DNA from: Lama guanicoe
Taxonomy: Eukaryota
Assembly: GCA_013239625.1 (NCBI GenBank)
Contig: MU053881.1
Span: 14,562,373-14,626,372, forward strand
DNA length: 64,000 bases
Reading direction: 5' to 3'
Of this stretch, positions 51,477-64,000 are shown one piece after another. Positions within the stretch are counted from its first letter, which is position 1; each line of letters opens with the position of its first letter. The notes beneath the pieces are model-generated. The model did not search any database. It was given only the letters and a program-made list of their open reading frames with translations, and had not been told where the DNA came from. The translations under genes were made by a program, and so were the position numbers.

Positions 51477-51819
51477 CTGAGAGGTGGGAAGGGAGTATGA
51501 GGGGGGCTGGCCTCGGGCAGAGCCAGCCGTGAGCACAGCCAGCCCACCAGGGAGAGAGCCCAATCCAAGGTCACTGCAGGGCTAGATGACCCCTTGCCCT
51601 GGGCCTGTCCCCACCCCCTGCTTTGTCCTCCGAGCCTTTCACCTCTCTCCTCCCATTTTCACTTCTTTCTGTTGCAGGAAGAGATTCAACTGAAAGATCA
51701 TTAACACCCATCCCCTCTTGTCCCAACTCTGATGTCTCCTCTGATCTGGCCACACTCTCTGTGTGGACCTGGGAACTCAAGAAATGGTCTCCGGAAGGCC
51801 TAAAATTTTCCTCCTGGGA

Positions 51820-52640
51820 AAAAGCTCGAATAGACATTTCTCCGCAGAAGATATACAAACAGCCAAGAAGCACATGAAAAGATGCTTACCGCTGTGAATC
51901 ATTAGGAAACATGTAAGGACCACAGTGGAACACCACCTCACACTCATTAGGATGGCTATAATTTTTTTTAAAGGGAAATAATGAGTAATGGCAAGGATGT
52001 GGAGAAATTGGAACCCTCATGCACTGCTGGTGGGAATGTAAAATGGTGTAGCCGCTGTGAAAAACAGTCTGGTAGCTCCTCAAAAAGTTAAACACAGAAT
52101 TACTATGTGACCCAGCCATTCCACTCCTGGGTAGACACCAAAAAGGATGTGGTAAAAAAAAGAATGGAAAACAGGTGTTGAAATAAAAACCTGTACCTTC
52201 ATAGCAGCACTATTTACATTATCCACAAGGGGCAGACAACCCAAGTTTCCACTAAGTGAAGAATGGATAAACAAAATGTGACCCATCCATTCAATGGAAT
52301 ATTATTCGGCCATAAAGGAGTGAATGGAGCACTGACATGTGCTACAATGTGGATGAACCTGGAAAACGTTATGCTGAGTGAAAGAAGCCAGACACAAAAA
52401 GACATATAGTGTATAACCGCATTTATATGAAACATCTAAAATAAGCAAATCCACAGAGACAGAAAGTAGATTAGTGGTTGCCAGGGGCTGGAGAGGAGGA
52501 ATGGGGAGTGACTGCTAATGGGGACAGAATTTCCTTTGGGGATGATGAAAACGTTTTAAAACTAGCTAGAGATGGTGGCTGCACAACATTGTGAATGTAC
52601 TGAAAGCCACTGAATTGCACGCTCTGAAAAATTACCCCTA
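51820..52640 (+). mobile_element. L1M 3' fragment
   Basis: gaatagacatttctcc...ggcaaggatgtggagaaattggaaccctc...agattagtggttgccagggg. Confidence 0.85.
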
Positions 52641-52798
52641 CGTTATAGGAATTTTATCTCAAGAAAATAATTTGCCTCCTGTCTCACTTATGGCCATGGA
52701 ACCAGAAGCAGAGACCTGGAGCATCATGTGTGGGAAGCTGGCAGCCCAGCACCCAACCCCACTTCTGGTACTGTTTCTGGGGCCTCACAGAGACTCAC

Positions 52799-52912
52799 CT
52801 TTCTCGCAGAGGCTGCCTGCGTAGCTGGGGAGGCAAAGGCAGACAAAGGCGTTGACCTCATCGATGCAGGTACCTCCGTTCTCACAGGGGCTCGAGATAC
52901 AGTCGTCTATAT
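52799..52912 (-). CDS. NCAN: NCAN exon 10 (calcium-binding EGF2)
   Basis: [38 protein letters not shown]. Confidence 0.95.
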
Positions 52913-53439
52913 CTGGAGGGGAAGGTGGGGCCGAGTCAGAGGTCAGCCTCCCCTTGGCTCCCAGGCCCCATGGGGAATCAGGCAGAAGATGTGGTCACGA
53001 TTCTGCCATCTATCCCAGAAACTGAGTGCAACGGCAGTGGTCTGCACAGATGGCCCAGTGACTCTGGAGGTCAAGAGGGTGGAATCTCACACCATTAACA
53101 TGAAGTAGCACCAATGGTAGCAGATGCCACTGGGTGGGCTGAAAGCCAGAGTGTGCACTATGTTCCACCTGACTCCGGAACAGTGAAGGCGGGTTTGGCA
53201 AATAGACCCATAGAATGTCAAAGCTGGAGTCTTTTCAGAATGTGGAACCTAGAGCAACTGGGCTCCAGAGCATTTGCAAGGACTCACAGAGTCACAAAGC
53301 TGTTCGTAAGTAGAGGGAGCTATCAGTTGAACACCCCTTCTACCAATCCCTGGGTAGTTATTGCCTAAGGCATGTATGATGCCAAGCAAGTCACTTCCTG
53401 TCTGTGAGACCTTTTCTTCTTTCTTTTGGCAAAATCAAT

Positions 53440-53497
53440 TTTTCTTTCTTTCTTTCTTTCTCTTTCTTTCTCTTTCTTTCCTTTCTTTCTTTCTTTC

Positions 53498-53552
<55 letters not shown>

Positions 53553-53659
53553 TTTTTCTTTCTTTTTTTTTTTTTTCTCTCTTTCTTTCTTTTTTATCTT
53601 TCTTTCTTTCTTTTTTCTTTCTTTCTCCCTTTCTTTCTCCCTTTCTCTCTTTCTTTCTC
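53440..53659. repeat. (TTTC)n microsatellite
   Basis: Long TTTC array with degenerate flanks. Confidence 0.95.
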
Positions 53660-53689
53660 AAAGTGGTAATAATAATGGCACCTTCTCAA

Positions 53690-53856
53690 GGCGGGTGGGA
53701 ATAGCTCAGTGGTAGGGCATGTGCTTAGCATGCACAAGGTCCTGGGTTCAATCCCCAACAACCACATTAGAAAAATAAAAACAAGCAAAAAACTGTATTA
53801 AAAAAACTTGGGCACTTTGCTGTCTGTATGTTACACTTAATTAACAATATTAAAAA
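53690..53856 (+). mobile_element. tRNA-derived SINE with 19-bp TSD and extra 3' sequence
   Basis: TSD aataatggcaccttctcaa (53671-53689) / aataatgacaccttctcaa (53857-53875). Confidence 0.85.
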
Positions 53857-54321
53857 AATAATGACACCTTCTCAATGGTAATTGAGTGGAGAGTCAATGG
53901 AAGAGCTCGAGAAATTATATTGCTTATAATTTTGTTATACTTTCATAATTTGTTGTAATTCTTGTGTTACGCTTTGGGGCTAGTATCCAACAGTTCTGAT
54001 GGTGGTGCCTATACCCCTGCCCACCCAGGATAGAGTGGGAGATCCCTTGGGGCCCTTTGCTCATAGGAATCTAAACCTTACCATCCTTTTGTCGTCCCCT
54101 CCCCAACACCTGCCTGGTACTACTGGGAGGTAGCACACCAGAGCATTCCCTCAGGATGAAAGCTCAGCTGGTTGGTGCTGGGGCTGATTTACTGGAGCCA
54201 AAGAGCGAGGGAGGGGAAGGGAGCATCTGAAGCCAGTATTCTGTGATCACTGAGTCCTCATGGGGATGGCGGCTCTGGGTCAAACAAGTTTACATTCAGA
54301 TCCTGAGTCCAGGGTACTCAC

Positions 54322-54438
54322 CAATCTCGCAGTTCTCTCCGGTGAAGCCCTGGTCACAGCTGCAGCCATACATGGTACCATTGGCTTCACAGGTGCCCCC
54401 ATGCAGGCAAGGGTTGTTCTCACACGGATCCAAGGGAA
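54322..54438 (-). CDS. NCAN: NCAN exon 9 (EGF1)
   Basis: [39 protein letters not shown]. Confidence 0.94.
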
Positions 54439-55559
54439 CTGAAGGATGGACAGACATTGCAGGAAGGAATCGGACCACCAGGTCTGCCTTCTGGGAATCC
54501 AAACCTCCGACCCCTAAGGGCATTCTCCCTCTCTGTGGAGTCCCCTCTATAACGTCCCAATAAGTGATTGTGAACTTCCTCTAGCATGCCCCTGTGATGA
54601 GCTTACTCTTTCTAGGAACTGCCCCAAAGCATCTGCATGTGGCATAGGCCTTCCTTGGACTGAACTAGAATGGGCTTCCTGCAGCTTCTCTAAGGAAGTC
54701 TCCTAGAACATGGTTTAAGTGCCCCCCTGACTTGTCTTTCTCATCTAGACATGCCCTACTGGTCACTGTGCTTCTCATTCTTTGGGGCAAAAAAGGGGAC
54801 ATAGGTTCCTGATGGGTATGAACAGTACTGGAACCAGAGGGAACCATCACCTCCCTCATCCTTGTGGTTCAACCTCTGCTGATGCAACCTCAGTGGTTAT
54901 AGTGTGGAGAAGTGGTGGATTATAGCAGTTATAACCATAGGCTGAGCAGTCAGAGAGGCTGGTTCAATCCCTACCTCTGCCACTCACTAGGGGACCCTGG
55001 GCAAATCACTTCTGTGAATCTCAGTTGCCTCATTTACAAAATGGAAATAAAAATAGCTTCTCCCTGTCTCCCAGTTCTGACTATAATGCCGTATCTGGCT
55101 CTGTGTATATCAGCCTGGGGCCTCTTGAGGGGACTCAGTGTTGCTTACTATGGACAGGGCACCCAGGGGACATTGAGGAATGTGAGGCCCTGTCCCCTTC
55201 TCTCATCATTTTGCAGCTGGGCTTCCCTGGAGGCAGAAGGGTCTCCCCTCCCCATCTCAGGGGCCCAGATGCCTTGGTGGGTGGTCTCTATTCTGAAGCT
55301 TTGGAGGAGCAGAGCAAGATCCCTCCATGTACCCCAGATGACATCCACCCCTTGTCAGGGCACAGGGCACCACAAAATACTAGAACCGAGACCCATAGAA
55401 GGGCAGGGCCTAGCTCAAAGCCACATAGCAGGACAGTACAAGAGCCAAGACTACAAAAGTCTAAGGACTCTGGAAGCCCAGCTGAAGGCCATCTCTTCAG
55501 CCCCTATAACCTAGAATTTGTTTCTGTTTTGTCCTGGTCTGGGGCGTCACAAGAAACTG

Positions 55560-56410
55560 AGATGATCACAAGCAGTCACCTCTTCTCTGGTCTTCTGGCC
55601 TCTACTTTCACCTTCCACAGGTTGTTTTCCCCACAGTTGCCAGAGGGAGCCTATGTAAACCTGAGTCAGGTCATGTCCTTCTTCTGCCTAGACTCCTCCA
55701 TGGCTCCCCATTGCCCTCACAGGAGAAGCTAAAGTCCTTATCACAGCCTATAGGGCCCTGTGCAGTCTTCCCCGATATCTCCCTGCCCTACTTTCTCTTC
55801 TCCCCCTCTACTCGCTTCACTTACTCCGTTCCAGCCACACTGGCTTTGCTGTTTCTCCTACACACCAGGCACAGACCTACCTCAGGGCCTTTGTACAAGC
55901 TGTTCCTCTGTCTGAACTGCTCTTCCCCCAGATCTCTCCATGGCTCCTCCCTCACCTCCTTCAGGCTTGCTCAAATTTCAGCCTAATCCCTCTTCCAAAA
56001 CTAAAACCCACCCACTAGCATCCCCTACTCCTTGCTTTACCTTTCTCTTTTGTCTTTATTACTTTCTAACCTCCAATATAATTTATTAGGGTCATTGTTT
56101 CTTATCCATGTCTCTGCCCAGAGCAATGATGTTCCACATGGCAGTCACATATGGCTATTTAAGTTTAAATTAATTAAAATGGAATAAAAGTTAAAAAGCA
56201 GTTCCTCAGTCTCACTAGCCACATTTCAAGTGCTCAGTAGCCATGGGTGGCTGGTTGCTATCATATTAGACAGTGTAGTTCGAGAACATTTCCATCATTG
56301 GGAAAGTTCTAGAGTGTTGCTCTAGAATGTCAGCTCCCAGAGGACAAGGGACTTGGTCTCAACGTGGTGCCTGGAATACAGCAGGCACTCAATAGTTGCT
56401 TGCTAATTGA
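55560..56410. mobile_element. L2 fragment interrupted by a MER3-like element (~56125-56320)
   Basis: L2-like ccagccacactggc...cctcagggcctttg; MER3-like tagccacatttcaagtgctcagtagcca. Confidence 0.65.
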
Positions 56411-57028
56411 ATGAAGGTAGACGCTGTCCCTCCTGCAGTGGCTGAAGCCTGTCCTTGGGGCAGTGGCATGTACCCACCGGGGGATGGCCAGAGAGGGCTG
56501 TAGCTATGTCTGTGCCTGGTGCCACCCTAGCACGTGCATGCACACGCGTGGGACTGCCAGGCGCGGGGATGTGTAAGCCCCGCCAGGTGCCCTGAGCTGC
56601 TGACACCTGCCCACGGACTGGCGGTGACTCAGTCGCTTGCTGGTGCTGCATTTATTTTTGGCTTCATTAGCATTTCTGCTGCAAGCAGTAGGTGGGTAGG
56701 CACCCGGGTCTCCCCCAGCACTGGCAGCCTCTCTCCACCCTGGCTGCCAGTGGCTTGAATCTGGAGCCAAAAAACCAGCAATGTCCAAGACAGATTCAGC
56801 CGTGGCCCTGGGGGCTCCTCCCAACGCACCTTCCTTAGCATCCCTCTACATGGCTTCCCTCCCGCCTTTCTGATCATCCCTTCTCTAGTTCCTTTAGCAA
56901 GGAGCCTCCTTCCCTCTGCCCATCCCCCACAACCAGTCTCTTCTCTAGCTACCCCGGTAAGCTTACCCCCTCCCCAAGGCTCAAGGGTTTTGTTTTGCTT
57001 TGTTTTTAATGACAATGAAATAAGCATC

Positions 57029-57124
57029 CTTTCCCCCCCTTAACGGAGGCACTGAGGATCGAACCCAGGACCTCGTGCACCACGCCAAGCATGCGCTCTA
57101 CCACTGAGCTATACCCTCCACTCT
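57029..57124 (-). mobile_element. tRNA-derived SINE, nearly tail-less, with 13-bp TSD
   Basis: tgaaataagcatc at 57016-57028 and 57125-57137. Confidence 0.85.
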
Positions 57125-57454
57125 TGAAATAAGCATCTTATTTCTGTGATTGAGACCGAGACTGCTATCAGACAGCCTGGTTTCAAACCTTATCCTTGAC
57201 ACTCCCCAGCTGCACGACTTTGCACAAGTCACTTGACCTCCCTGTGCCTCAGTCTCCCCATCTGTAAAGTGAGGATCATACTAGAACTTGTTCCATGGGG
57301 CCATTAAAACGATTAACCAAGGTGATTCCAGTAAAGTGCTCAGAACAAGGCACTTGAACAGGCAGTCACTGATAAGCATCAGACTTTATTGATGCCTGTG
57401 CCCCTGCCCATGGTCTGCCTGCCTCCTGGGCATCTTAAAAAAAAGAATATTTGA

Positions 57455-57590
57455 GGGGGAAGGTATAGCTCAGTGGTAGGGTGAGTGCTTAGCATGCTCA
57501 AGGTCCTGAGTTCAATCCCCAATACCTCTATTAAAATAAATAAATAAACCTAATTACCTCCCCTCCAACAAAACAGAACAAAAAAATTAT
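57455..57590 (+). mobile_element. tRNA-derived SINE
   Basis: ggggaaggtatagctcagtggtag...cttagcatgctcaaggtcctgagttcaatcccc plus tail. Confidence 0.85.
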
Positions 57591-58592
57591 ATGAAGGATG
57601 TGAAAAAGAATTTTTAAAAAAGAGATGCGGCCCCAGACACAGCCCAGAGATGACAGGGTGGGCGATGAAACCTTGTATCCGCTATTTCCATCACCACGAC
57701 ACTTTGCCTTCAAAAAAAGGAGCAAGTGTAAAACCAATTGTGTTAATAAGAGTGTTCTCCAACTCAGAAAAAGTGCCTTTTAATTAGCTGCTTCTTCTTC
57801 TTTTTTTTTTTAAAGCTCACTTGACCAGAAAAATAGCTCAATATGGCAGGCCCTTAAAAATAAAGGGCTGGAATTTTCAGGCTGAGCTGTGGGCAGACCT
57901 AGCCCTAGGAGAATAGGCTTTCTCTGGACTCCGCTGGGCACATGTGGACTTAGTTGCCAACTGAAGTTCAGTCACGACTAGCTGGTAGTGATGTATCTCC
58001 CAGAGCCTCAATTTGCTGTCTACAAAATGGGGCTGATGCCCACCACTCCCACTCCTTCCCAGCACCCACTTTCCCTGTGGCTTGAGGTTATCTGCACCAT
58101 TGAATTCCAGTTGCAATTCTCACTTGTCCAGGAAGCCCTTCCTGCCATGCCTCCTTCCCTCCAGCCCCACCCTGGGGGGTGTGTCTGTGTCCAGCTATGT
58201 CTTCCCCAGACTGAGGCATCACTGAAGGTAGAACTCGAGCATACACAGCACTGTTGGCTCAGAGTGGACATGAACGTGATTTGTTGATCATACTCATCCC
58301 CAAAACCAAACTCCACCCAACGCCTCATCATTCCCTCATTACTCGCTGTGCATGAAACACACCAAACACAACTTCACTTCCTGGCCTTTGCCCAGGCTAG
58401 TGCCTCTGCCAGGAACACCCTTTTCGCAATTCAAACTCTGCCTGATAAACTCCCACCTTCAACATCATCCCTTGCTAGAAACATTTCCAGACACCCAAGA
58501 ACAACCCTTCCTCCCAGCTCTGGGCTACCCCAGCCTCTGGTCCCCAAGCACCGCCACAGTGGCCTGGATGAGACCGCAAGCTTTGAACTCAC

Positions 58593-60065
58593 CCTCCTCT
58601 GCACTCTCATTTGCAGGGGTCCCTGGCAGGGCTGGCTCCTCTCCACTTGCTGTCTCCTCCCAGAAGCCCTCCACACCTGGACTCCCTGCCAGGACCTCCA
58701 GCTCAAATTCCGCTGGGCCCAGGGAGGAAGGCAGCTGGGTGCTGGAGGAGTCCCATGGCATGGTAGACTCCCCCGAGGAAACTGAGATGGGCTCGTCCAG
58801 GCTGGCTGCTGTCGGTGTCCAAAGAGGAAGAGCGGGCTCCCCTGGGGGGCTGCCGTCAGCCAGAGGTGCCAAGGCTCCTGGGGTTTCCTGAGTCACCACC
58901 TGGCCCTCCGGCTCTGGGTGGGGTTGGGAGCTTGAGGAGGCCATTGTGGCCATGGCCAGGACCCCAACCTTGCCCCCCAGGTCCTGGGACATGCGGGATG
59001 TCACCACACTTGTATCCACAGCCACTTGAGGGCTCACAGTGAGGCTTTCAGCTCCCTCAACCACATAGGATCCAGGTTCCCAAATCCCACCAGCATCACT
59101 GGCATCCAGTGTGGCCGTGGTATCCATGGAACCCACCGGGGCTCTTCCATCTACAGCAGCCCAAGGCTCCAAACTTGAGGTGACCTTGGGCATCAGGGAG
59201 ACTCCAGGACCCCCTGAGGGTGCAGATGAGGGGTGGGGGTCTAGCCCTTCACTGTGTAGTGAGGACAATGTGTCCTGCACCTCATCCATGGTGGCCTGAA
59301 AGCTGGAAGTGGGGTTCTCTGCTGTGCTGAAGACCCCAGACTCAGACCCTGAGATGCCTCTGGCTCCCACAGGCTCACTGGCAGGCTCAGTGGGAGTGGA
59401 ATCTGGCACCACATTCCCGTCCACAGAAGTCTGTGGGCTGGTTCTGGGGCATTCAGCTTTGCTGAGCCCAGTAGGGCTGGTTCCCTCAGTTTTCCTGAAG
59501 TCTGTCTCGGGGGAGTTAGGACTGGGTCCAGCTCGTGTGTCTGTGGCTGCCTGCAAAGGGGCTGTAGTACTCCCTGTTCTGTGGCTGCTGAACGTCGGGG
59601 ATGTGGCCTCTCCACCTTGTCCTGTCAGGCCTGAGGAGGGTAGGGAATACATTTCTGGATGAATGGGGTCCTGGAGGCTGGTCTCTGAGTCAGAGTCAGG
59701 GGAAGGTGGGGCAGCGACCATGGCCTCACTATACTCCTTGACCCCAGTGGTGGTGGGGAGAGACGTAGGGTGTGATAGAAGCCACAGTTTGGGGGCACGA
59801 AGCATGGCCATGACAGGGAGATCAGGAGAAATGACCATGGGGGATGCTTCCCATGGGGCAGTGCTGGGGCCCTTCAAGGGGCTGGGAGCAGAGCCAGTGG
59901 CCTCTGAGGCGGACCAGGGTAGGTCGAGGATGGCTGGCCTCACACTGGGGCCCTTGGCTTCCTCTAGCTCCAGGTCAAGGGCTCTGCTGGGGTCAGGGAT
60001 GATGGGTGGGACCATGGTTGGGGGCCACAGCCAGGACTCTGTGGGGGTCCTGCCACCAGGGGAAC
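58593..60065 (-). CDS. NCAN: NCAN exon 8 (large GAG-attachment exon)
   Basis: ttgcag|GT TCC...GAG G|gtgag; 1473 nt S/T/P/E-rich open frame containing AMLRAPKLW and SG dipeptides. Confidence 0.92.
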
Positions 60066-60263
60066 CTGCAAAAATATCAACAGTAATCATAATTATCTCT
60101 CTGCAGCTTCTTCTGCTGAGTGCCTCCTTGGCTCCAGGCCTGAGGAAGAGGGGTCTTCTGGAGGCTTGGTGAGGCCAGGGGACCCAGGTGTGATTCAAAG
60201 CCTCCTCCCCTGTCCCCCTTGGATTCCCAGGCAGGTCCCATCTCCCCCTTGGACCCCACTCAC

Positions 60264-60860
60264 CATCTCCAGGCACATCCACCTCATTGGTCAACACAGC
60301 CCAGGGGCTTTGGCTCCGGCCACTCCCCAAGGCATCTGTGGCTCCTGTGGCCAAGGGAGGCTCCACGTAATTCCCAGCAACCTCTGGAGTAGGGGTCTGG
60401 ATGCTGGCCTCGAGCCCCCCCTTCAGCCCTCGCTGGGGTTCCTGTTGCTGGAAGTGGCGCCCGTTCAACCCTTTAAAGCGCCCCCTCCTCCTGGGCATGA
60501 TGCTGGCTGGGGTTGCCTCTGTGTGCATGCCCACTGCAGTGCCTGCCTCCACGGTGCTGGGGCTGGGGGCCACAGTGCTCAGCCACTCCTCCTCAGCCTC
60601 CAGGGCAGGCACTGAGGCTAGCGTGGGTCTCCCAGGGGCAAGGCTCGGGGTCTCTTGAGACTCCTGCTTCTCTGCCAAGATCAGAGGCTCTTCCTCCCCA
60701 CTGGACATCAGAGGCTCCTGGAAGTCGGGAGTGACTACCTCCTCCTCCCCCAGGCTAGGCTCCAGCTCTTGGGCAGGGGGCCCTTCTGCCGACAGAATTT
60801 CCCCCTCATCCCCAGACGAGGGGGTCTCTGGGTCTCCATGTTGTGATGTAGGGTGATGAG
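60264..60860 (-). CDS. NCAN: NCAN exon 7
   Basis: cacag|CT CAT CAC...GAT G|gtgag; contains [17 protein letters not shown]. Confidence 0.92.
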
Positions 60861-61603
60861 CTGTGGGAGAAAGCAGAAGAGGGTGTGTTAGGCCCAGGAG
60901 CTGTTGGTACGTTCTGCCTGAAGTCTACCCACATTCTAGCATGCTGCAGCACAGATCTTCTATATCTCTGTCTCTACATGCCCCTTCTGTCTCTATGGCT
61001 TGTTCCTGGGATCCCCTGGACTGAAAGATGGAGGTATAAAGTTATCATCCCCACTGTTCAGGCTAGGGCCCACTGTCAAGATCTGTTAACTGGTCATGGA
61101 AAAGGATCAAGAGACAGCTTGGCTGGTGGGTAAAGCTCAGGCAGTGGGCAACTCTCAGGGGGGCCGGTCAGACCAGGGCCATGGCTCCTCCCCTGGGAGA
61201 GGAAGAGCCTAACGGGCATGGCCTTCCGACGAAGAGATTTTTTCCCCCTCTTACACGTAAGACAGCTTCTTGGAGTTGAGATTTGCAGCTTCTGAGGGTG
61301 TGGCTCGACCCGAAGGGTCATCCCCGGTCCTGTCTCTCGGGGTGGGGCCTCGTTCAGGGGGCGTGGCTAGCCAAGGCATCACTTCCTCCTAAGGGGTACT
61401 CATGGGCGTGGCTCCAGTAAGAAACGGTCCATCCAGGGGTGTTTCTCAGGGACCTCAGCCGCTAAACAGGACTTCCCCCACCAGAGCTTGGCTTTCTCTG
61501 GGGTCGTCCTCTCGCAGGGCGGGGCTCCTACAGAAAGACTGTCTCAGGGGCGTGACCTTCCCCAGGGGGCGGAGCAAGTTTTCACGTGTGTCTCCCCTGC
61601 CTA

Positions 61604-62155
<552 letters not shown>

Positions 62156-62583
62156 TCACCACAGCATCACGATGCCCTTACCTCTCACTCAGTGCTAAGA
62201 GGGGGGACTTCAGTTTCTTTTTTACAAGTGAGGTAACTCAGGCCCTTCAACGGGTTGCACATCAGAGAGAGGGAAAGGCTTGGTGAGGAGGGGCTCAGTG
62301 AGTAGGAAGGGGAAAGTGAGGCAGGGATGAGGGGAGGATAGACTCAGAGAAGGGGAAAAGGCCTCAGAGAGGAAAGGGGCTCAGAAAGATGGAAGGGGCA
62401 CAGAGAAAGAGAGGGGCTCAGAGCGGGGAGGAAAGCTCAGGAAACCGGTGGGCCCAGGTGCTGGCTGCAGGTTTAGAGAGGGATGAGACTTGGGAGAGCT
62501 GGGCAAGGACTTAGGGAAGGATGGGGGTTAGGGAGGGTAAAAGAGCTCAGGGAAGGTGGGGGTTCTGCCAGCCCCAGACTTAC

Positions 62584-62711
62584 CCCCCAGCTCACGGGCA
62601 AAGCAATACACATCGTAGAGTTCCCGTGGGTCTCGCCTCCCATAGTTCCTCACCCCTGGAAGGCTGCTACGGTCACCATAGCAACCAGGACGGGACTGGG
62701 TGATAGGATAC
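62584..62711 (-). CDS. NCAN: NCAN exon 5 (Link module 1, C-terminal part)
   Basis: [42 protein letters not shown]. Confidence 0.95.
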
Positions 62712-62821
62712 CTGACAAGACAAGGTGGGGGTCCCTCTCAGATGTGTGCTCCTGGGGCCCCCAAGGACCATCTTTCTCCAGGGGCTAGCTCTCCATCTCC
62801 CTACCCTGTGTACCCCCTCAC

Positions 62822-62996
62822 CGAACAGTGCGGTCAGAGAGCCACCCGGCATCACAGTTGTCAAAGCCATCCTCAAAGGCAGCTTGCAGGTGCCGCGGGG
62901 CTGCAATGGTGGCAGAGCTGAGACTGCAGGCCTCCTGGGCCTCAGTGAAAGACAGCGCGTAGCGATCCCGGGCTGCTCGGTAGTGGAACACAACAC
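62822..62996 (-). CDS. NCAN: NCAN exon 4 (Link module 1, N-terminal part); upstream exons lie beyond the window
   Basis: [59 protein letters not shown]. Confidence 0.95.
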
Positions 62997-64000
62997 CTGT
63001 TGGGGAACATCCAGGATAGAGGGTTGATTTGTGCTGGAAACTTCAAGAACAGACCTCCCTCTTGCAGAATGCCCCGCCACTACCCAGTCTGATAATAAGA
63101 GATCTACTGCCCTACACTGCCCTGTACCACATCTGTTCACTCAGCACCAGAGACAGTGCTATGGGGAATGATGGGAAGTGAGACTGCTATGCCCCCATTT
63201 AGCAGATGAGGAAACTGATTAACAATGGCCATAAACGGCTAGAATTTGTCAAATATTTGCTATGTAAAAGGCATTTATAAACATTATCTCACTGAAGTCT
63301 TACAACAACCCTGTGATTATCCCCATATGCAGAGGAAGAAACTAAGGTCAGAAAGGGTGAGGGATAGGTCTAGGGTCACACTAGTATTATAAGGGGAAGC
63401 CAGAATTTATATCCTGGAAGATCTGACTCCAAAGATAGTATTCTTCATGCCCAGGGTTAGGCCCTGGAGGTGACAGGAGGCATGGAGAAGAGTGAGAGAG
63501 AGAGAGATTCTGCCTTTTTGGAATTAAGTACATGCACTGATAGGGGAAGCACAGCCAGCAATGGGCGATCACATGTGGTTCTTGCCCAACTTAGAAATGG
63601 AGTCACAGAAGGCTTCCTGGAGGAGGTGATGTGTATGCCAGGGTTCACTGTGACTCAAATTCTGACTTAAGGTTGAGAAAAATGGCCAAGCAAGATGATG
63701 GAATTAAACATTTTGCTCCATCTTATCAAACTGAGAGCTCCTGGAAGGCAGCACCTCCATTTCAGTCATGGCCATGTCCTCAGCACAAGGCTAGCATCTG
63801 GTAGCGGCTCAATAAATGTTTGGCTGAATGAATGAACTGAACAAATCTGGAGGTAGCAGTCCCTTCTTTCACCATTTAGTTTTCTTTGAAGTTTATCAGT
63901 TATGAGAACCAGGGTCTTGGAAAGGGTATGACTGACCCCCCAAATATGTAGTGAGACACTGTTTGATGGGGAAACACTGTGCACCAGAACAAGGGGTGCA

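Noticed and set aside
53365..53715. KERK-rich and FL-rich ORFs
   Set aside because: Translation of the (TTTC)n microsatellite.
54912..55732. 200-aa and 235-aa + strand ORFs in NCAN intron 8
   Set aside because: They overlap MIR/L2 remnants, show no recognisable domain and have no exon signals.
56421..56450. REST/RE1 site (gacgctgtcc...ggctgaa)
   Set aside because: Only one half-site matches; the second half and spacing are wrong.
58525..60708. 727-aa single-exon gene
   Set aside because: It is NCAN exons 7 and 8 plus the open intron and a short run-on into intron 8.

Overview
Mammalian genomic DNA carrying the conserved SUGP1-TM6SF2-HAPLN4-NCAN block. It is most likely camelid, inferred from multiple copies of a short tRNA-Ala(AGC)-derived SINE. 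On the + strand lie the 3' part of SUGP1 (12 coding exons, human-numbered 3-14, encoding two SURP domains and a G-patch), complete TM6SF2 (10 exons, 376 aa) and complete HAPLN4 (5 exons, 402 aa). On the - strand lie NCAN exons 4-15, tail-to-tail with HAPLN4. All exon boundaries were read by hand, have GT-AG ends and join in frame. Exon numbers and repeat family names come from recall, not database searches, and repeat boundaries are approximate. The most striking observation is a twin, near-identical (37/38 nt) splice-acceptor cassette in front of both SURP-start exons of SUGP1. Each has a TACTGAC branch point, a poorly pyrimidine-flanked AAG 14 nt downstream of it, a competing strong in-frame CAG 12 nt further on, and an upstream GTGAGT. 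This resembles the class of 3' splice sites controlled by SF3B1/SUGP1, so it is a candidate autoregulatory sensor. Other leads are a frame-compatible TM6SF2-HAPLN4 read-through, a stop-free in-frame NCAN intron, a decayed repeat array in the HAPLN4 3'UTR, and several transcription-factor site clusters.
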